Origin: an uncultured Desulfovibrionaceae bacterium
Lineage (GTDB): Bacteria; Desulfobacterota; Desulfovibrionia; Desulfovibrionales; Desulfovibrionaceae
Length of the DNA: 46,804 nucleotides
Assembly: GCA_964370095.1 (NCBI GenBank)
Contig: CAYJHJ010000007.1
Location: 1-46,804, forward strand
Direction of reading: 5' to 3'
Numbering within the stretch: position 1 is the stretch's first letter; every line of letters begins with the position of its first letter. A program made the translations under genes and the position numbers. Of this stretch, positions 34,980 through 44,388 are shown one piece after another. The notes under the pieces were generated by a model, which was not told where the DNA came from, searched no databases, and was given only the letters and a program-made list of their open reading frames with translations.

Positions 34980-36902
34980 ATGGAGCAAAATCAATTTGAA
35001 TTTCGTTCTGATGTGAGCAAAGTGCTCAATATTTTAACACATTCCCTCTATACTAACAGGGAGATTTTTTTGCGTGAACTTTTGTCAAATGCATCAGATG
35101 CCCTTGATAAAGTTCGTTTTTTACAAAGTCGTGGTGATTTAGCTACAAGCGATATCCCTTTAGAAATTAAAATAAATATTGATAAAGAAAATAAAACCAT
35201 CATTCTTTCAGATAACGGCATAGGCATGACAAAGAATGAACTTATGGAAAACCTTGGAACTATTGCAAAATCAGGCTCAGAAGAGTTTTTAAAAGATCTT
35301 GCAAAAGCAAATAGTGAAAATGATAAACCTAGTGATGCCTCACAGATTATTGGCCGCTTTGGCGTGGGCTTTTATTCTGTTTTCATGATAGCAAATGAAG
35401 TTGAAGTGGTTTCAAGCTATGCTGATGACAATAAGAAAGAAAGCTACATCTGGAAATCAAGCGGCGAAGGCTCTTTTACTTTAGAAGAATACAAAGGCGA
35501 TGATGCCCCTGTTCGTGGCACAAACATTTATATACATGTTAAAGAAGATGCAGAGCAATTCCTTGAAGAAAGCGAAATTGAAAGCATTATCCGCCGTCAT
35601 TCTTCTTTCTTGCCTTTTCCGATTTTTCTTGGCGAAAACCGTATAAACACAACTCCTGCTATTTGGCGTGAACCAAAATCAAGTGTAAGCAAAGAGCAAT
35701 ACAAAGAATTTTATTCTTTTCTTACTTATGATGATGAAGAACCACTTGGAACAATTCACTTTTCAACTGATTCTCCCATACAATTCAATATGCTTGTTTT
35801 TATTCCGAACAATGAGCTTGATTTAGCTTACGCTCAACGTGAGCAATATGGTTTAGATCTTTATGCAAGGCGTATTCTTATCAACCGTGATAATAAAGAC
35901 CTTCTGCCCGACTATTTAGCTTTCTTGAAAGGTGTGGTTGATACTGAAGATTTGCCGCTAAACATCTCACGTGAAACCTTGCAAGAAAATATGGTGGTGA
36001 GAAAAATCGCTCAAACCGTAACAAAGCAAACCTTAAAATACTTGGAAAAAACTGCAAAAGATGATCCTGAAAAATATGCTAAAATTTGGAAATTACACTC
36101 AAAATTATTCAAATTAGGTTATATGGACTATCTTAATCGTGAAAGTTTCAGCGAACTTTTACGTTTCAACTCTTCCTTACACGAAGAAAGCGATGGCATA
36201 AAGTCTTTTGCAGAATATATTGAAAATGCAAAAATAAATCACGCTGATAAGCAAAAAAACATCTGGTATATTGTTGGCTCAAATCGTGAAGCTTGCAAAT
36301 TGCATCCTCTTTATGAATCTTTTAGTCGCCGCAATATAGAAGTTTTGTTTATGTATGAGCCTATTGACGAAATCGTTGTCGGCGGTTTAGGAACATATAA
36401 AGATTTCACTTTTAAATCTGTTGAATTTGCCAGTGAAGAAGATTTGAAAGATTTTCCTGAAAGTAATGAAAAAGACGAAACAAAGCCATTAAAAGATGAA
36501 GAAAAACCTTTATTGGAAAATCTTATTGCAGCAATTAAAGCAACTTTAGGCGATTCAGTAAAAGATGTTCGCACTTCAACCAGGCTTGCTTCAGCACCTG
36601 CCTGCCTTGTTGGGGCAGACGGAAATTCATCCTCTCTTGAAAAGCTTATGCGTGCGATGAACAACGATAATACTGCGCCTAAAAAGATTTTTGAAATAAA
36701 TCCTAATCATCAGCTTATACGCAATCTTCTTTCAATCTATAAGAATAATCCAGATGACCCACTTCTTTCTGAGATGACACACACTTTATTTGAAACTTCA
36801 CAGCTTCTTGACGGCTATATTCAAGATCCATATGTGCTTGCAAATAGAGTAAACTCACTTATGCAGAAGTCTGCCGCTTGGTATGCTGAAATAAATAAAT
36901 AA
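34980..36902 (+). CDS. htpG: Molecular chaperone HtpG (Hsp90)
   Basis: 640 aa with ..EIFLRELLSNASDALDK.., ..DNGIGMT.., ..IGRFGVGFYS... Confidence 0.95.
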   Translation: MEQNQFEFRSDVSKVLNILTHSLYTNREIFLRELLSNASDALDKVRFLQSRGDLATSDIPLEIKINIDKENKTIILSDNGIGMTKNELMENLGTIAKSGSEEFLKDLAKANSENDKPSDASQIIGRFGVGFYSVFMIANEVEVVSSYADDNKKESYIWKSSGEGSFTLEEYKGDDAPVRGTNIYIHVKEDAEQFLEESEIESIIRRHSSFLPFPIFLGENRINTTPAIWREPKSSVSKEQYKEFYSFLTYDDEEPLGTIHFSTDSPIQFNMLVFIPNNELDLAYAQREQYGLDLYARRILINRDNKDLLPDYLAFLKGVVDTEDLPLNISRETLQENMVVRKIAQTVTKQTLKYLEKTAKDDPEKYAKIWKLHSKLFKLGYMDYLNRESFSELLRFNSSLHEESDGIKSFAEYIENAKINHADKQKNIWYIVGSNREACKLHPLYESFSRRNIEVLFMYEPIDEIVVGGLGTYKDFTFKSVEFASEEDLKDFPESNEKDETKPLKDEEKPLLENLIAAIKATLGDSVKDVRTSTRLASAPACLVGADGNSSSLEKLMRAMNNDNTAPKKIFEINPNHQLIRNLLSIYKNNPDDPLLSEMTHTLFETSQLLDGYIQDPYVLANRVNSLMQKSAAWYAEINK

Positions 36903-36924
36903 AAATAACATATTATATCAATCG

Positions 36925-36954
36925 AAGGGGGAAGAAATATCCCCCTTTTCTTTT
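36925..36954 (+). terminator. Rho-independent terminator after htpG
   Basis: AAGGGGGA (36925-36932) pairs with TCCCCCTT (36940-36947), followed by TTCTTTT. Confidence 0.85.
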
Positions 36955-37023
36955 ATATAAAATTTCTTTGTAAAAATAATTATATAATAAAAAGGAAATT
37001 TTTAATTTTTTTTACCATAAGCC

Positions 37024-37052
37024 TTGCAAAGTCATAGCAGAGGTATTATATT
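37024..37052 (+). promoter_or_regulatory. Candidate sigma-70 promoter (TTGCAA-N17-TATATT) for DUF1844-argC
   Basis: TTGCAA at 37024-37029 and TATATT at 37047-37052, about 30 nt upstream of ATG 37084. Confidence 0.4.
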
Positions 37053-37083
37053 TTCTTTAGAAAAAATTATTGAGAGTTGTATT

Positions 37084-37350
37084 ATGGAAAAAACTAACAA
37101 TATGCTTCCTGAAGTTTCTCTATCTACCTTTGTTCTCTCCCTTGCTTCAAGTGCTTTAACACATCTTGGCGAAGTGCCCCACCCGGAAACAGGCAAAAAA
37201 AATGTTGATATGCAAATTGCACAACATACAATTGATGTGCTTGATATGCTTCAAGATAAGCTAAAAAATGGAATTTCTGAAGAAGAGCAAAAATTAATGG
37301 ATGGAATTTTATACGAATTACGCATGAAATTTGTTGCAGTCAGAAAATAA
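37084..37350 (+). CDS. DUF1844-domain small protein
   Basis: 88 aa from ATG 37084. ..PEVSLSTFVLSLASSALTHLGEVPHPETGKK..DMQIAQHTIDVLDMLQDKLKNGISEEEQKLMDGILYELRMKF.. matches my recollection of the DUF1844 family. The ORF-track TTG 37024 coincides with the promoter-like sequence. Confidence 0.75.
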   Translation: MEKTNNMLPEVSLSTFVLSLASSALTHLGEVPHPETGKKNVDMQIAQHTIDVLDMLQDKLKNGISEEEQKLMDGILYELRMKFVAVRK

Positions 37351-37422
37351 TTTTTCTTTATAATAAGGCTATCCCTTACATTTTGCTTATTTTCACAGAA
37401 TTTTAACCACAAGGATTAAACA

Positions 37423-38466
37423 ATGAAAGTTGGCTTACTTGGCGTATCCGGCTATACAGGTATGGAATTGGTGCGCCTTCTTGCAATGCACCCGGAATTT
37501 GAATTATCAATTGCAACTTCAAGGCAAGAAGCTGGTAAAAAGCTTTCTGATATCTATCCCTTTATGCAAAATGTGAAAGGCGGTGATATCATCATCAGTG
37601 ACTCTAAGCCAAAAGAAATAAAAGAAGCATGCGATATTGCTTTTTTGGCTGTTCCTCACGGCATTGCGATGAATATGGCAAAAGAATTACTTGAAGAAAA
37701 AGTTAAAATAGTGGATTTATCTGCAGATTTTCGTATTAAAGACTCTGAAGTTTTCTCCTCTTGGTATAAAAGCGAACACACTGAAAAAGAACTTTTAGCT
37801 CAAGCTGTGTATGGACTTCCTGAAATTTATGCAGATGAAATAAAGAAAGCAAACTTGATCGCAAACCCAGGCTGCTATCCAACAGCTTCAATCTTAGGGC
37901 TTTACCCTGCAATCAAACATGCTGTAATTTCACATGAAAACATCGTGATTGATGCCAAATCCGGCACAAGTGGTGCAGGAAGGAAGGCAAGTGTTGGCAC
38001 TTTATACTGTGAAGTGAATGACACTTTTAAAGCCTATGGCCTTGCAAGCCATCGCCATACACCTGAAATTGAACAAGAACTTTCAAAAGCTGCAGATAAA
38101 GATATAATTTTATCTTTCAACCCACATCTAGTCCCTATGAATAGAGGAATTCTTGCCACTATCTATACAAATATCACAAAAGAAATAAGCATAGAAAAAA
38201 TCCATACTTTGTATACAAACTTTTACAAAAACCACCCCTTTGTTCGCATTCTAAACCTTGGGCTTTTACCTGAAACTCGCTTTGTTCGAGGAACAATGTT
38301 TTGTGATATTGGACTAACAGAATGTAAAAGAACTAAAAGACTTATCATAACTTCTGCTATTGATAATCTTGCTCGTGGGGCTTCTGCTCAAGCCATTGCA
38401 AATGCAAACCTTATGGCAGGTTTTGACTTGACAACCGGCCTAAACCTTGCACCCATGAGTTTGTAA
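37423..38466 (+). CDS. argC: N-acetyl-gamma-glutamyl-phosphate reductase
   Basis: 347 aa with ..GVSGYTGMEL.. and the catalytic Cys motif ..IANPGCYPTA... Confidence 0.93.
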   Translation: MKVGLLGVSGYTGMELVRLLAMHPEFELSIATSRQEAGKKLSDIYPFMQNVKGGDIIISDSKPKEIKEACDIAFLAVPHGIAMNMAKELLEEKVKIVDLSADFRIKDSEVFSSWYKSEHTEKELLAQAVYGLPEIYADEIKKANLIANPGCYPTASILGLYPAIKHAVISHENIVIDAKSGTSGAGRKASVGTLYCEVNDTFKAYGLASHRHTPEIEQELSKAADKDIILSFNPHLVPMNRGILATIYTNITKEISIEKIHTLYTNFYKNHPFVRILNLGLLPETRFVRGTMFCDIGLTECKRTKRLIITSAIDNLARGASAQAIANANLMAGFDLTTGLNLAPMSL

Positions 38467-38533
38467 TTCTTTAATATAAAAAATATCCTAAAAAAAATAA
38501 TATGTTATAACATGTAATTGATTTATTTTTTTA

Positions 38534-38562
38534 TTGACAAATTAAAACGAAGTGCGTATTAT
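38534..38562 (+). promoter_or_regulatory. Candidate sigma-70 promoter (TTGACA-N17-TATTAT) for perR-rbr
   Basis: A perfect -35 at 38534-38539 and TATTAT at 38557-38562. A 12-bp perfect palindrome, ATGTTATAACAT, sits 20 nt upstream (38502-38513). Confidence 0.45.
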
Positions 38563-38603
38563 TGAGAACAGTTATTAACAAGAAAAAAAAGAGAAAGGAA
38601 AAA

Positions 38604-39029
38604 ATGGAAAATTGTAAAACACAAGCACATAAAAATTCTCGAATGACTCGTCAGCGCTCTTTAATACTTGAAGAATTAAAAAAAGTTACTACTCATCCTA
38701 CTGCTGAAGAGCTTTATTCTGTTGTTAAAGCCAAATTGCCTCAAATTTCATTGGGAACCGTCTATAGAAATTTAGAATTTCTTTCTGACACCGGGGTAAT
38801 TCGTAAACTAGAAACAGCAGGAACTGTGCGTAGATTTGACGGTAATATGTCAAAGCATTCACATGTGCGTTGTATGATTTGTAATAAAGTTGCAGATATT
38901 TTTGAAGATTATTCTGGCAAGCTTGAACTTGAAACCACACATGTTGAAAATTTTTCTTTGACTTCTGTTAATGTCGAGTTTGAAGGCATTTGCCACGAAT
39001 GTGAAAAAAATAAAAATCATATTCATTAA
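38604..39029 (+). CDS. perR: Fur-family transcriptional regulator, probably peroxide-responsive PerR
   Basis: 141 aa from ATG 38604 with ..RMTRQRSLILEEL..HPTAEELY.., two CxxC pairs (CMICNK, CHECEK) and an internal His cluster. It lies immediately upstream of rubrerythrin, as in the Desulfovibrio perR-rbr operon. Confidence 0.75.
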   Translation: MENCKTQAHKNSRMTRQRSLILEELKKVTTHPTAEELYSVVKAKLPQISLGTVYRNLEFLSDTGVIRKLETAGTVRRFDGNMSKHSHVRCMICNKVADIFEDYSGKLELETTHVENFSLTSVNVEFEGICHECEKNKNHIH

Positions 39030-39058
39030 CTTTTACAAATGAATGTTGAGGACTAAAC

Positions 39059-39631
39059 ATGAAATCATTAAAAAACACGCAAACCGAAAAAAATATTCTT
39101 ACTGCCTTTGCAGGAGAATCACAAGCACGTAATCGTTATGTTTATTTTGCAAGTAAAGCAAAAAAAGAAGGTTATGTACAAATCTCTCAAACTTTTGAAG
39201 TTATTGCTCAGCAAGAAAAAGAACATGCTGAAAGACTTTTTAAGTTCTTGGAAGGTGGCGAACTTGAAATTTGTGCTTCTTTTCCTGCAGGTCAAATCCT
39301 AAGCACTTATGAAAACTTGCTTGCAGCTGCTTCCGGTGAAAACCATGAACATGAGCACATGTATCCTGAATTTGCTGATGTTGCCGACAAAGAAGGCTTC
39401 CATGAAATTGCTGAAATAATGAGGCATATTGCTGTTGCAGAAACTTATCATGAAGAACTTTTCTTGAAATTTGCAAAAAGCATAAAAGAAGGCACCGTTT
39501 TCTCACGCCCAGAAGAAGTTCGCTGGCACTGCAGAAACTGCGGTTGCACTGTTATAGGTAAAGACGCACCTGAAAAATGCCCTGCTTGCGACCATGCACA
39601 AGCTTATTTTGATGTTATCCATAATGCATAA
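39059..39631 (+). CDS. rbr: Rubrerythrin
   Basis: 190 aa with a diiron four-helix bundle (..GESQARNRY.., ..QEKEHAERL.., ..ENHEHEHMY.., ..AETYHEELF..) and a C-terminal rubredoxin-like CRNCG...CPACD. SD is GAGGA. Confidence 0.93.
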   Translation: MKSLKNTQTEKNILTAFAGESQARNRYVYFASKAKKEGYVQISQTFEVIAQQEKEHAERLFKFLEGGELEICASFPAGQILSTYENLLAAASGENHEHEHMYPEFADVADKEGFHEIAEIMRHIAVAETYHEELFLKFAKSIKEGTVFSRPEEVRWHCRNCGCTVIGKDAPEKCPACDHAQAYFDVIHNA

Positions 39632-39660
39632 TTGATAATTATTACTTGGTAAGACAATAA

Positions 39661-39688
39661 AAAGGGAAATCATTGATTTCCCTTTTTT
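39661..39688. terminator. Bidirectional rho-independent terminator between rbr and the convergent exported-protein gene
   Basis: AAAGGGAAATC (39661-39671) pairs with GATTTCCCTTT (39675-39685), followed by a T-run. Confidence 0.85.
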
Positions 39689-39693
39689 ATTTA

Positions 39694-40674
39694 TTATTTT
39701 TGAGCATCAAAAGTAAGAATAACTTCTTGTGCCCCATTAATCGGAATAGGAATAACCCCATCAGTCAAAAGCACTTCTTTTATATGATCGTCATATATTT
39801 GGTTTTGTGAAGGAGACACCGTGGAATAGTTTATAAGCTTTCCATTTGAATCAACTTTTAATTTCACTTGATTGCGATAATTACCCTTTGGTAATTCCAT
39901 AGGAAGAGCAAGGAGTTTTTGGGCATTCAACATAACTTGCTCAGCAAAATTAAGTTCTTTTTGCGGGGAAGGGCTTTGCATATTATCCGAAGGAGGCGAC
40001 AAAAAGCTTGCTGTATTTTCCTCTAAAATTGCAGTAGATTCAACATCTGAATATCCGGAAATCTGTTTATCAGGCGTAAACAAATCATCAAAACCCAAAG
40101 AAGCTTCATTGGCCTGATTGTCATTTACTACAGTTGTAGGTGCGGCATAAACTTCAGAGCTATAGGCTTGATTATTAAAACTTTCACCTGTAAATTCAGA
40201 ATCTTGCTCCAAATATTCTTCTTCACCGGTAAAAAATTGTTGTGAAGTGTTGTTTTGCATAAGTTCATCTTCTGCAAAAGGTGCAGGCATAACTTCTTCA
40301 TACACAAGAGGAAATTGATCGTCGTATACAAAGGTCAGATAAACTTCAGCGCTTTGTGCATTATTTGGCGGCAAGGGAAATTGCTGTGCCATGGCAACTG
40401 CAAGGCAAATATTTTCATCTGCTCGATAAAATTCAGATTGTTTAATCATTTCACATGAAAAGGGCCTGCCATCTCTGCCAATTCGAACTAAAGCTTGAGC
40501 ATAACCACTTACATTCACAGGCTTATTATAATTTTGTAAAACACGTTTTAGCACTTCACCTGAATATGCATTTTGCATATCAGCACTTGCAGATAAAGCA
40601 AAAGCTTGATTTGAAAAAATCACTAAAAAGGCCAAAACCAGATAAACACTCATTTTCTTCTTCATAATTTTCAA
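39694..40674 (-). CDS. Exported hypothetical protein with two TonB-C/TolA-III-like modules separated by an acidic/Gln-rich linker
   Basis: Signal peptide or anchor MKKKMSVYLVLAFLVIFSNQAFA. Module 1 is ..VLKRVLQNYNKP..ALVRIGRDGRPFSCEMIKQSEFYRADENICLAVAMAQQFPLPP..VYLTF. Module 2 is ..LPKGNYRNQVKLKVDSNGKLINYSTVSPSQNQIYDDHIKEVLL..IPIP..VILTF. Confidence 0.65.
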   Translation of the reverse strand: MKIMKKKMSVYLVLAFLVIFSNQAFALSASADMQNAYSGEVLKRVLQNYNKPVNVSGYAQALVRIGRDGRPFSCEMIKQSEFYRADENICLAVAMAQQFPLPPNNAQSAEVYLTFVYDDQFPLVYEEVMPAPFAEDELMQNNTSQQFFTGEEEYLEQDSEFTGESFNNQAYSSEVYAAPTTVVNDNQANEASLGFDDLFTPDKQISGYSDVESTAILEENTASFLSPPSDNMQSPSPQKELNFAEQVMLNAQKLLALPMELPKGNYRNQVKLKVDSNGKLINYSTVSPSQNQIYDDHIKEVLLTDGVIPIPINGAQEVILTFDAQK

Positions 40675-40696
40675 TTTTTTGGGTTAAATGTTATAT

Positions 40697-41671
40697 CTAT
40701 CCTAAGTATTTATTTTCTTTAATCAAATAGTCTTGAACATACTCTTTCACACCTTCTTCAAGGCTTTTAAAAGCATGCGGATAGTTCACTTTTTCAAGCC
40801 AAGACATATCTGCTTCTGTAAAGTTTTGATATTTACCCAAAAGGTTTTCAGGCATATCAATATATTGTATATTTGTTTCCCTATTCATAGCAGAAAAAAC
40901 AGCATTTGCCAAATCATTCCAAGATCTTGCTTTTCCTTGGCCCACATTATGAATACCGCAAACATCCTTATTTTCCAAAAGCCAATAAATCAATTTTACA
41001 ACGTCTTTAATATAGACAAAATCTCGCATTTGCCCGCCATCAGCATAATCAGGATGATTTGATTTGAAAAGCTTTAGGTGATTATTTTCTAAAATCTGCG
41101 GCACAGCTTTGCACACAACACTTTGCATATTGCCTTTGTGATATTCATTTGGCCCATAAACATTGAAAAATTTCAAACTGATAAGACTATTCAAAGCCTT
41201 TGTTTTTATGCTCCATAAATCAAAAAGCTGCTTTGAATAGCCATACATATTTAAAGGACGAAGCGAAGGAATAAGTTCAAGCTTGTCACTAAAGCCATGT
41301 TCACCGCCACCGTATGTAGCCGCAGAACTTGCATTAATAAAGCGTATATTCTTTTTATAGGCAGCTAAATACAAATCTCTTGTAAAGTGAAAATTATTCT
41401 TCATAAGATAGTCAGCATCTGCTTCAGTAGTAGATGAGCAAGCCCCAAGATGCACTATTCCCTTGACTTTATTCGATAAACCCTTCAAAAGAGTTTTATC
41501 AATAAAGTCTTTTTTATGTATATAGTCAACAATTTTTAAAGGAACAAGGTTTTTCCATTTTTCTGTTGAGGCCAAATTATCAACTATAATGATATCATCA
41601 ATACCTTGCCTATTAAGCTCCCAAACAAGTGCAGATCCAATAAAACCTGCTCCTCCAGTGATAATATACAT
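40697..41671 (-). CDS. hldD: ADP-L-glycero-D-manno-heptose 6-epimerase
   Basis: 324 aa with Rossmann motif ITGGAGFIGS, the SDR catalytic YGYSK, and C-terminal features typical of HldD/RfaD. Confidence 0.85.
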   Translation of the reverse strand: MYIITGGAGFIGSALVWELNRQGIDDIIIVDNLASTEKWKNLVPLKIVDYIHKKDFIDKTLLKGLSNKVKGIVHLGACSSTTEADADYLMKNNFHFTRDLYLAAYKKNIRFINASSAATYGGGEHGFSDKLELIPSLRPLNMYGYSKQLFDLWSIKTKALNSLISLKFFNVYGPNEYHKGNMQSVVCKAVPQILENNHLKLFKSNHPDYADGGQMRDFVYIKDVVKLIYWLLENKDVCGIHNVGQGKARSWNDLANAVFSAMNRETNIQYIDMPENLLGKYQNFTEADMSWLEKVNYPHAFKSLEEGVKEYVQDYLIKENKYLG

Positions 41672-41752
41672 ATTTTATCCTTATATTTTAACTTTGTTTT
41701 ATACTTAATAGAATGTCTTTAATCTTTTGTCAAACCGCTAATCATGGCAAAG

Positions 41753-42256
41753 CTAATTTCTTTTTTGACTAAAAAATGTTTGAAGAATTTCAACACATTC
41801 ATCCTCTAAAACGCCACCCATAAACCATGTTTTTTGTGAAACATTTGCAAGCTCAAGCCCTTCAATTGAAGAACAAACAGCCCCAACACTTTTATCGTAA
41901 GCACCAAATATAATCCCCTCAATTCTTGCTTCATGCAAAGCTCCAAGGCACATGATGCACGGTTCTAATGTAACAACAAGATAGGTTTTTGAAAACCTAT
42001 AATTTTGAATTTTCTGTGCTGCCTGCCTTAAGGCTACAATTTCAGCATGAGCAGTAGGATCAAGATCTTTTCTTGTACGATTATGTGCTTTTGCAAGAAT
42101 TTCACCTTCGCTTGTTATAACTAAAGCCCCAACAGGAACCTCTTCATAACTAAGAGCACGCCTTGCTTCTTCCAAAGCCATTTTCATAAGCTCTTCCCAC
42201 GAAAAATTTCTCGGCGGATTTGGAATAATGCTCATACTTTTTTTTGTGATATTCAT
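41753..42256 (-). CDS. tadA: tRNA adenosine(34) deaminase
   Basis: CDA zinc motifs HAEIVAL and PCIMCLGAL. There is a roughly 20-aa N-terminal extension, so the true start may be internal. Confidence 0.88.
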   Translation of the reverse strand: MNITKKSMSIIPNPPRNFSWEELMKMALEEARRALSYEEVPVGALVITSEGEILAKAHNRTRKDLDPTAHAEIVALRQAAQKIQNYRFSKTYLVVTLEPCIMCLGALHEARIEGIIFGAYDKSVGAVCSSIEGLELANVSQKTWFMGGVLEDECVEILQTFFSQKRN

Positions 42257-42293
42257 TCAGCCATCAATTCCATTATTTCAAATGTGCAACAAT

Positions 42294-42962
42294 CTAAATT
42301 TTTGAAACTTCATATTCTTTTATAATTGCTAGAACTTCTTCGGGAGTATCTGCAAAATGACAAAGATGAAATTCCTCCATAGTAATATATTCTTCTGCTA
42401 CCATAGATGCTTTAAACCAATCAAAAAAGCCTTTCCAATATTCACGGCATACAAAAATCATAGGAAATTGTTTTATTTTTTCTGTTTGGATAAGCACAAA
42501 GGCTTCTGCAAATTCATCAACAGTTCCCATACCACCCGGCATGACTATATATGCTTTTGAATGTTTAACAAACATAAGCTTTCTTATGAAAAAATAATGG
42601 AATTTCACATTGATATCAACATATGGATTGATTTCTTGCTCCATAGGCAGGTCAATGTGCAAGCCAACGGAAATATTCTTACCTTCCCTTGCCCCTTGGT
42701 TAGCAGCCTGCATAATTCCGCCACCACCACCGGTTATAATGCCATAACCGCTTTCTGCCAAGAGTTTTGCAACACGCCTTGTCAAGTCATAATGTTTATG
42801 TTCTTCTTTTGTCCTGGCAGAACCAAAGAAGGAAACAGAGGGAGGAAGCTCTGAAAGCTCTTCAATTCCTTCAACTATTTCTGACATTATGCGAAACAAC
42901 CTCCATGATTCGGTGCTTGAAAGCTTATCTAGATCATAATCAATTTTCTTTGTGTAGGACAT
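42294..42962 (-). CDS. LOG-family (TIGR00730) nucleotide 5'-monophosphate nucleosidase
   Basis: 222 aa with GGGGGIMQAANQGA and PGGMGTVDEF motifs. Confidence 0.88.
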   Translation of the reverse strand: MSYTKKIDYDLDKLSSTESWRLFRIMSEIVEGIEELSELPPSVSFFGSARTKEEHKHYDLTRRVAKLLAESGYGIITGGGGGIMQAANQGAREGKNISVGLHIDLPMEQEINPYVDINVKFHYFFIRKLMFVKHSKAYIVMPGGMGTVDEFAEAFVLIQTEKIKQFPMIFVCREYWKGFFDWFKASMVAEEYITMEEFHLCHFADTPEEVLAIIKEYEVSKI

Positions 42963-43107
42963 AAGAATTCCTTTTACTCTAAACTATCTTTACTAAAGGA
43001 CTAAATAGAAGTAAATAAAAAAGCAAATTCCAGTCCTCATAAGTAAGATAGCAAATTTATTTATATTTTAATAGCATTTTTAAGAAAAAAAAGCAAGCAA
43101 TTTAGCC

Positions 43108-43136
43108 TTGACAGTCAAATCTCACTAGGATAAATT
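43108..43136 (+). promoter_or_regulatory. Candidate sigma-70 promoter (TTGACA-N17-TAAATT) for rsmD-coaD
   Basis: TTGACA at 43108-43113 is part of the palindrome TTGACAGTCAA. TAAATT is at 43131-43136, and the rsmD ATG is about 65 nt downstream. Confidence 0.4.
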
Positions 43137-43202
43137 TAATTTTCAAAAACTCTCTACATAACAATGTAAAGAAAATATCAAGTGTGAGAACATAAAGTAA
43201 TT

Positions 43203-43757
43203 ATGCGAATTATTTCAGGATTTCTTGGCGGAAGACAATTAAAAACAAGCGAAGGCAAAGGCTATAGGCCTGCAATGGGAAAAGTGCGTGAAGCTCTTTT
43301 CTCAATGCTTGAATCACAAGGCATAAGCTGGCGGCAAACAAAGGTGCTTGATGTTTATGCAGGCACAGGCTCTTTGGCTTTTGAAGCTATCAGCAGGGGT
43401 GCACACAGTGCTTGCTTTTTGGAATTAGATGCAAAAGCCGTGGATTGTTTAAATTATAATATCAATAATTTCAACCTTCAAGACCTTTGCAAAGTAATAC
43501 AAAATGATGCATCAAAAGTATTATCACGCCCTGCACCTGAAGCATTTCAACTTGTTTTTGTTGACCCGCCCTATGGCGAACGAAAATTCATGCCAACGCA
43601 AGAGTCTATAGTGAAAAATGGCTGGCTTGATGAGAATGCTTTTTTCGTGGCAGAAATAGAAGCCGCCTTGAAATACAATCCAAAAGTTGAAGGATTAGAA
43701 TTGCTTACAGACAGAACCTATGGACAAACCAGAATTCTTTTATATAAGAAAGTATAA
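43203..43757 (+). CDS. rsmD: 16S rRNA (guanine966-N2)-methyltransferase
   Basis: 184 aa with MRIISGFLGGRQL.., the SAM motif ..LDVYAGTGSLAFEA.., and DPPY. Confidence 0.9.
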   Translation: MRIISGFLGGRQLKTSEGKGYRPAMGKVREALFSMLESQGISWRQTKVLDVYAGTGSLAFEAISRGAHSACFLELDAKAVDCLNYNINNFNLQDLCKVIQNDASKVLSRPAPEAFQLVFVDPPYGERKFMPTQESIVKNGWLDENAFFVAEIEAALKYNPKVEGLELLTDRTYGQTRILLYKKV

Positions 43758-43810
43758 TATATTTCTTAATTAGAAAAGTTATAAAAATCAACATAGTGAA
43801 AAGTGTAATT

Positions 43811-44365
43811 ATGAACGCAAATAAAAAAATTGGTGTCTATGCAGGAACTTTTGATCCTTTTACTTACGGGCATGCAAGTATTGTGCGGCGTGCTTTATCA
43901 ATGTTTGACACTATTATCATAGCAGTTGCTAAAGAAACAAACAAGCAAACACTATTTGAGCTTGAAAAAAGAGTTGAGTTGACTAGGGCAAGTTTTCCAA
44001 ATCAAGATAGAGTTATAGTCTTGCCTTTTGATGGGCTTTTAGTAAATTTTGCTGTACAACAAAATGCTTGTGCTCTTATAAGGGGGCTGAGAGCTGTTTC
44101 AGACTTTGAGTATGAACTGCAATTAGCTCTTATGAACAGAAAGCTTTGCCCTCAAGTTGAAACTATATTTCTTATGGCTAGCTTTCAGTGGATGTATATA
44201 AGTTCAACCATTATAAAAAGTGCTGCATCTTTAGGTGGAAATGTTAATGGGCTTGTGCCTGCACCTGTGCTTGAAGCTTTACGTGAAAAATACAACCACC
44301 CTGAATCATGGGCAAAGACTGAAGACAATACAGTTGAATATTTTGATAACATTGAGAAAATATAA
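43811..44365 (+). CDS. coaD: Pantetheine-phosphate adenylyltransferase
   Basis: Start at ATG 43811 with ..GVYAGTFDPFTYGH.. (T/HxGH) and ..ISSTIIK... There is a roughly 25-aa C-terminal extension relative to typical CoaD. Confidence 0.9.
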   Translation: MNANKKIGVYAGTFDPFTYGHASIVRRALSMFDTIIIAVAKETNKQTLFELEKRVELTRASFPNQDRVIVLPFDGLLVNFAVQQNACALIRGLRAVSDFEYELQLALMNRKLCPQVETIFLMASFQWMYISSTIIKSAASLGGNVNGLVPAPVLEALREKYNHPESWAKTEDNTVEYFDNIEKI

Positions 44366-44388
44366 TTTCAAAGAAATAAACTTGGATT

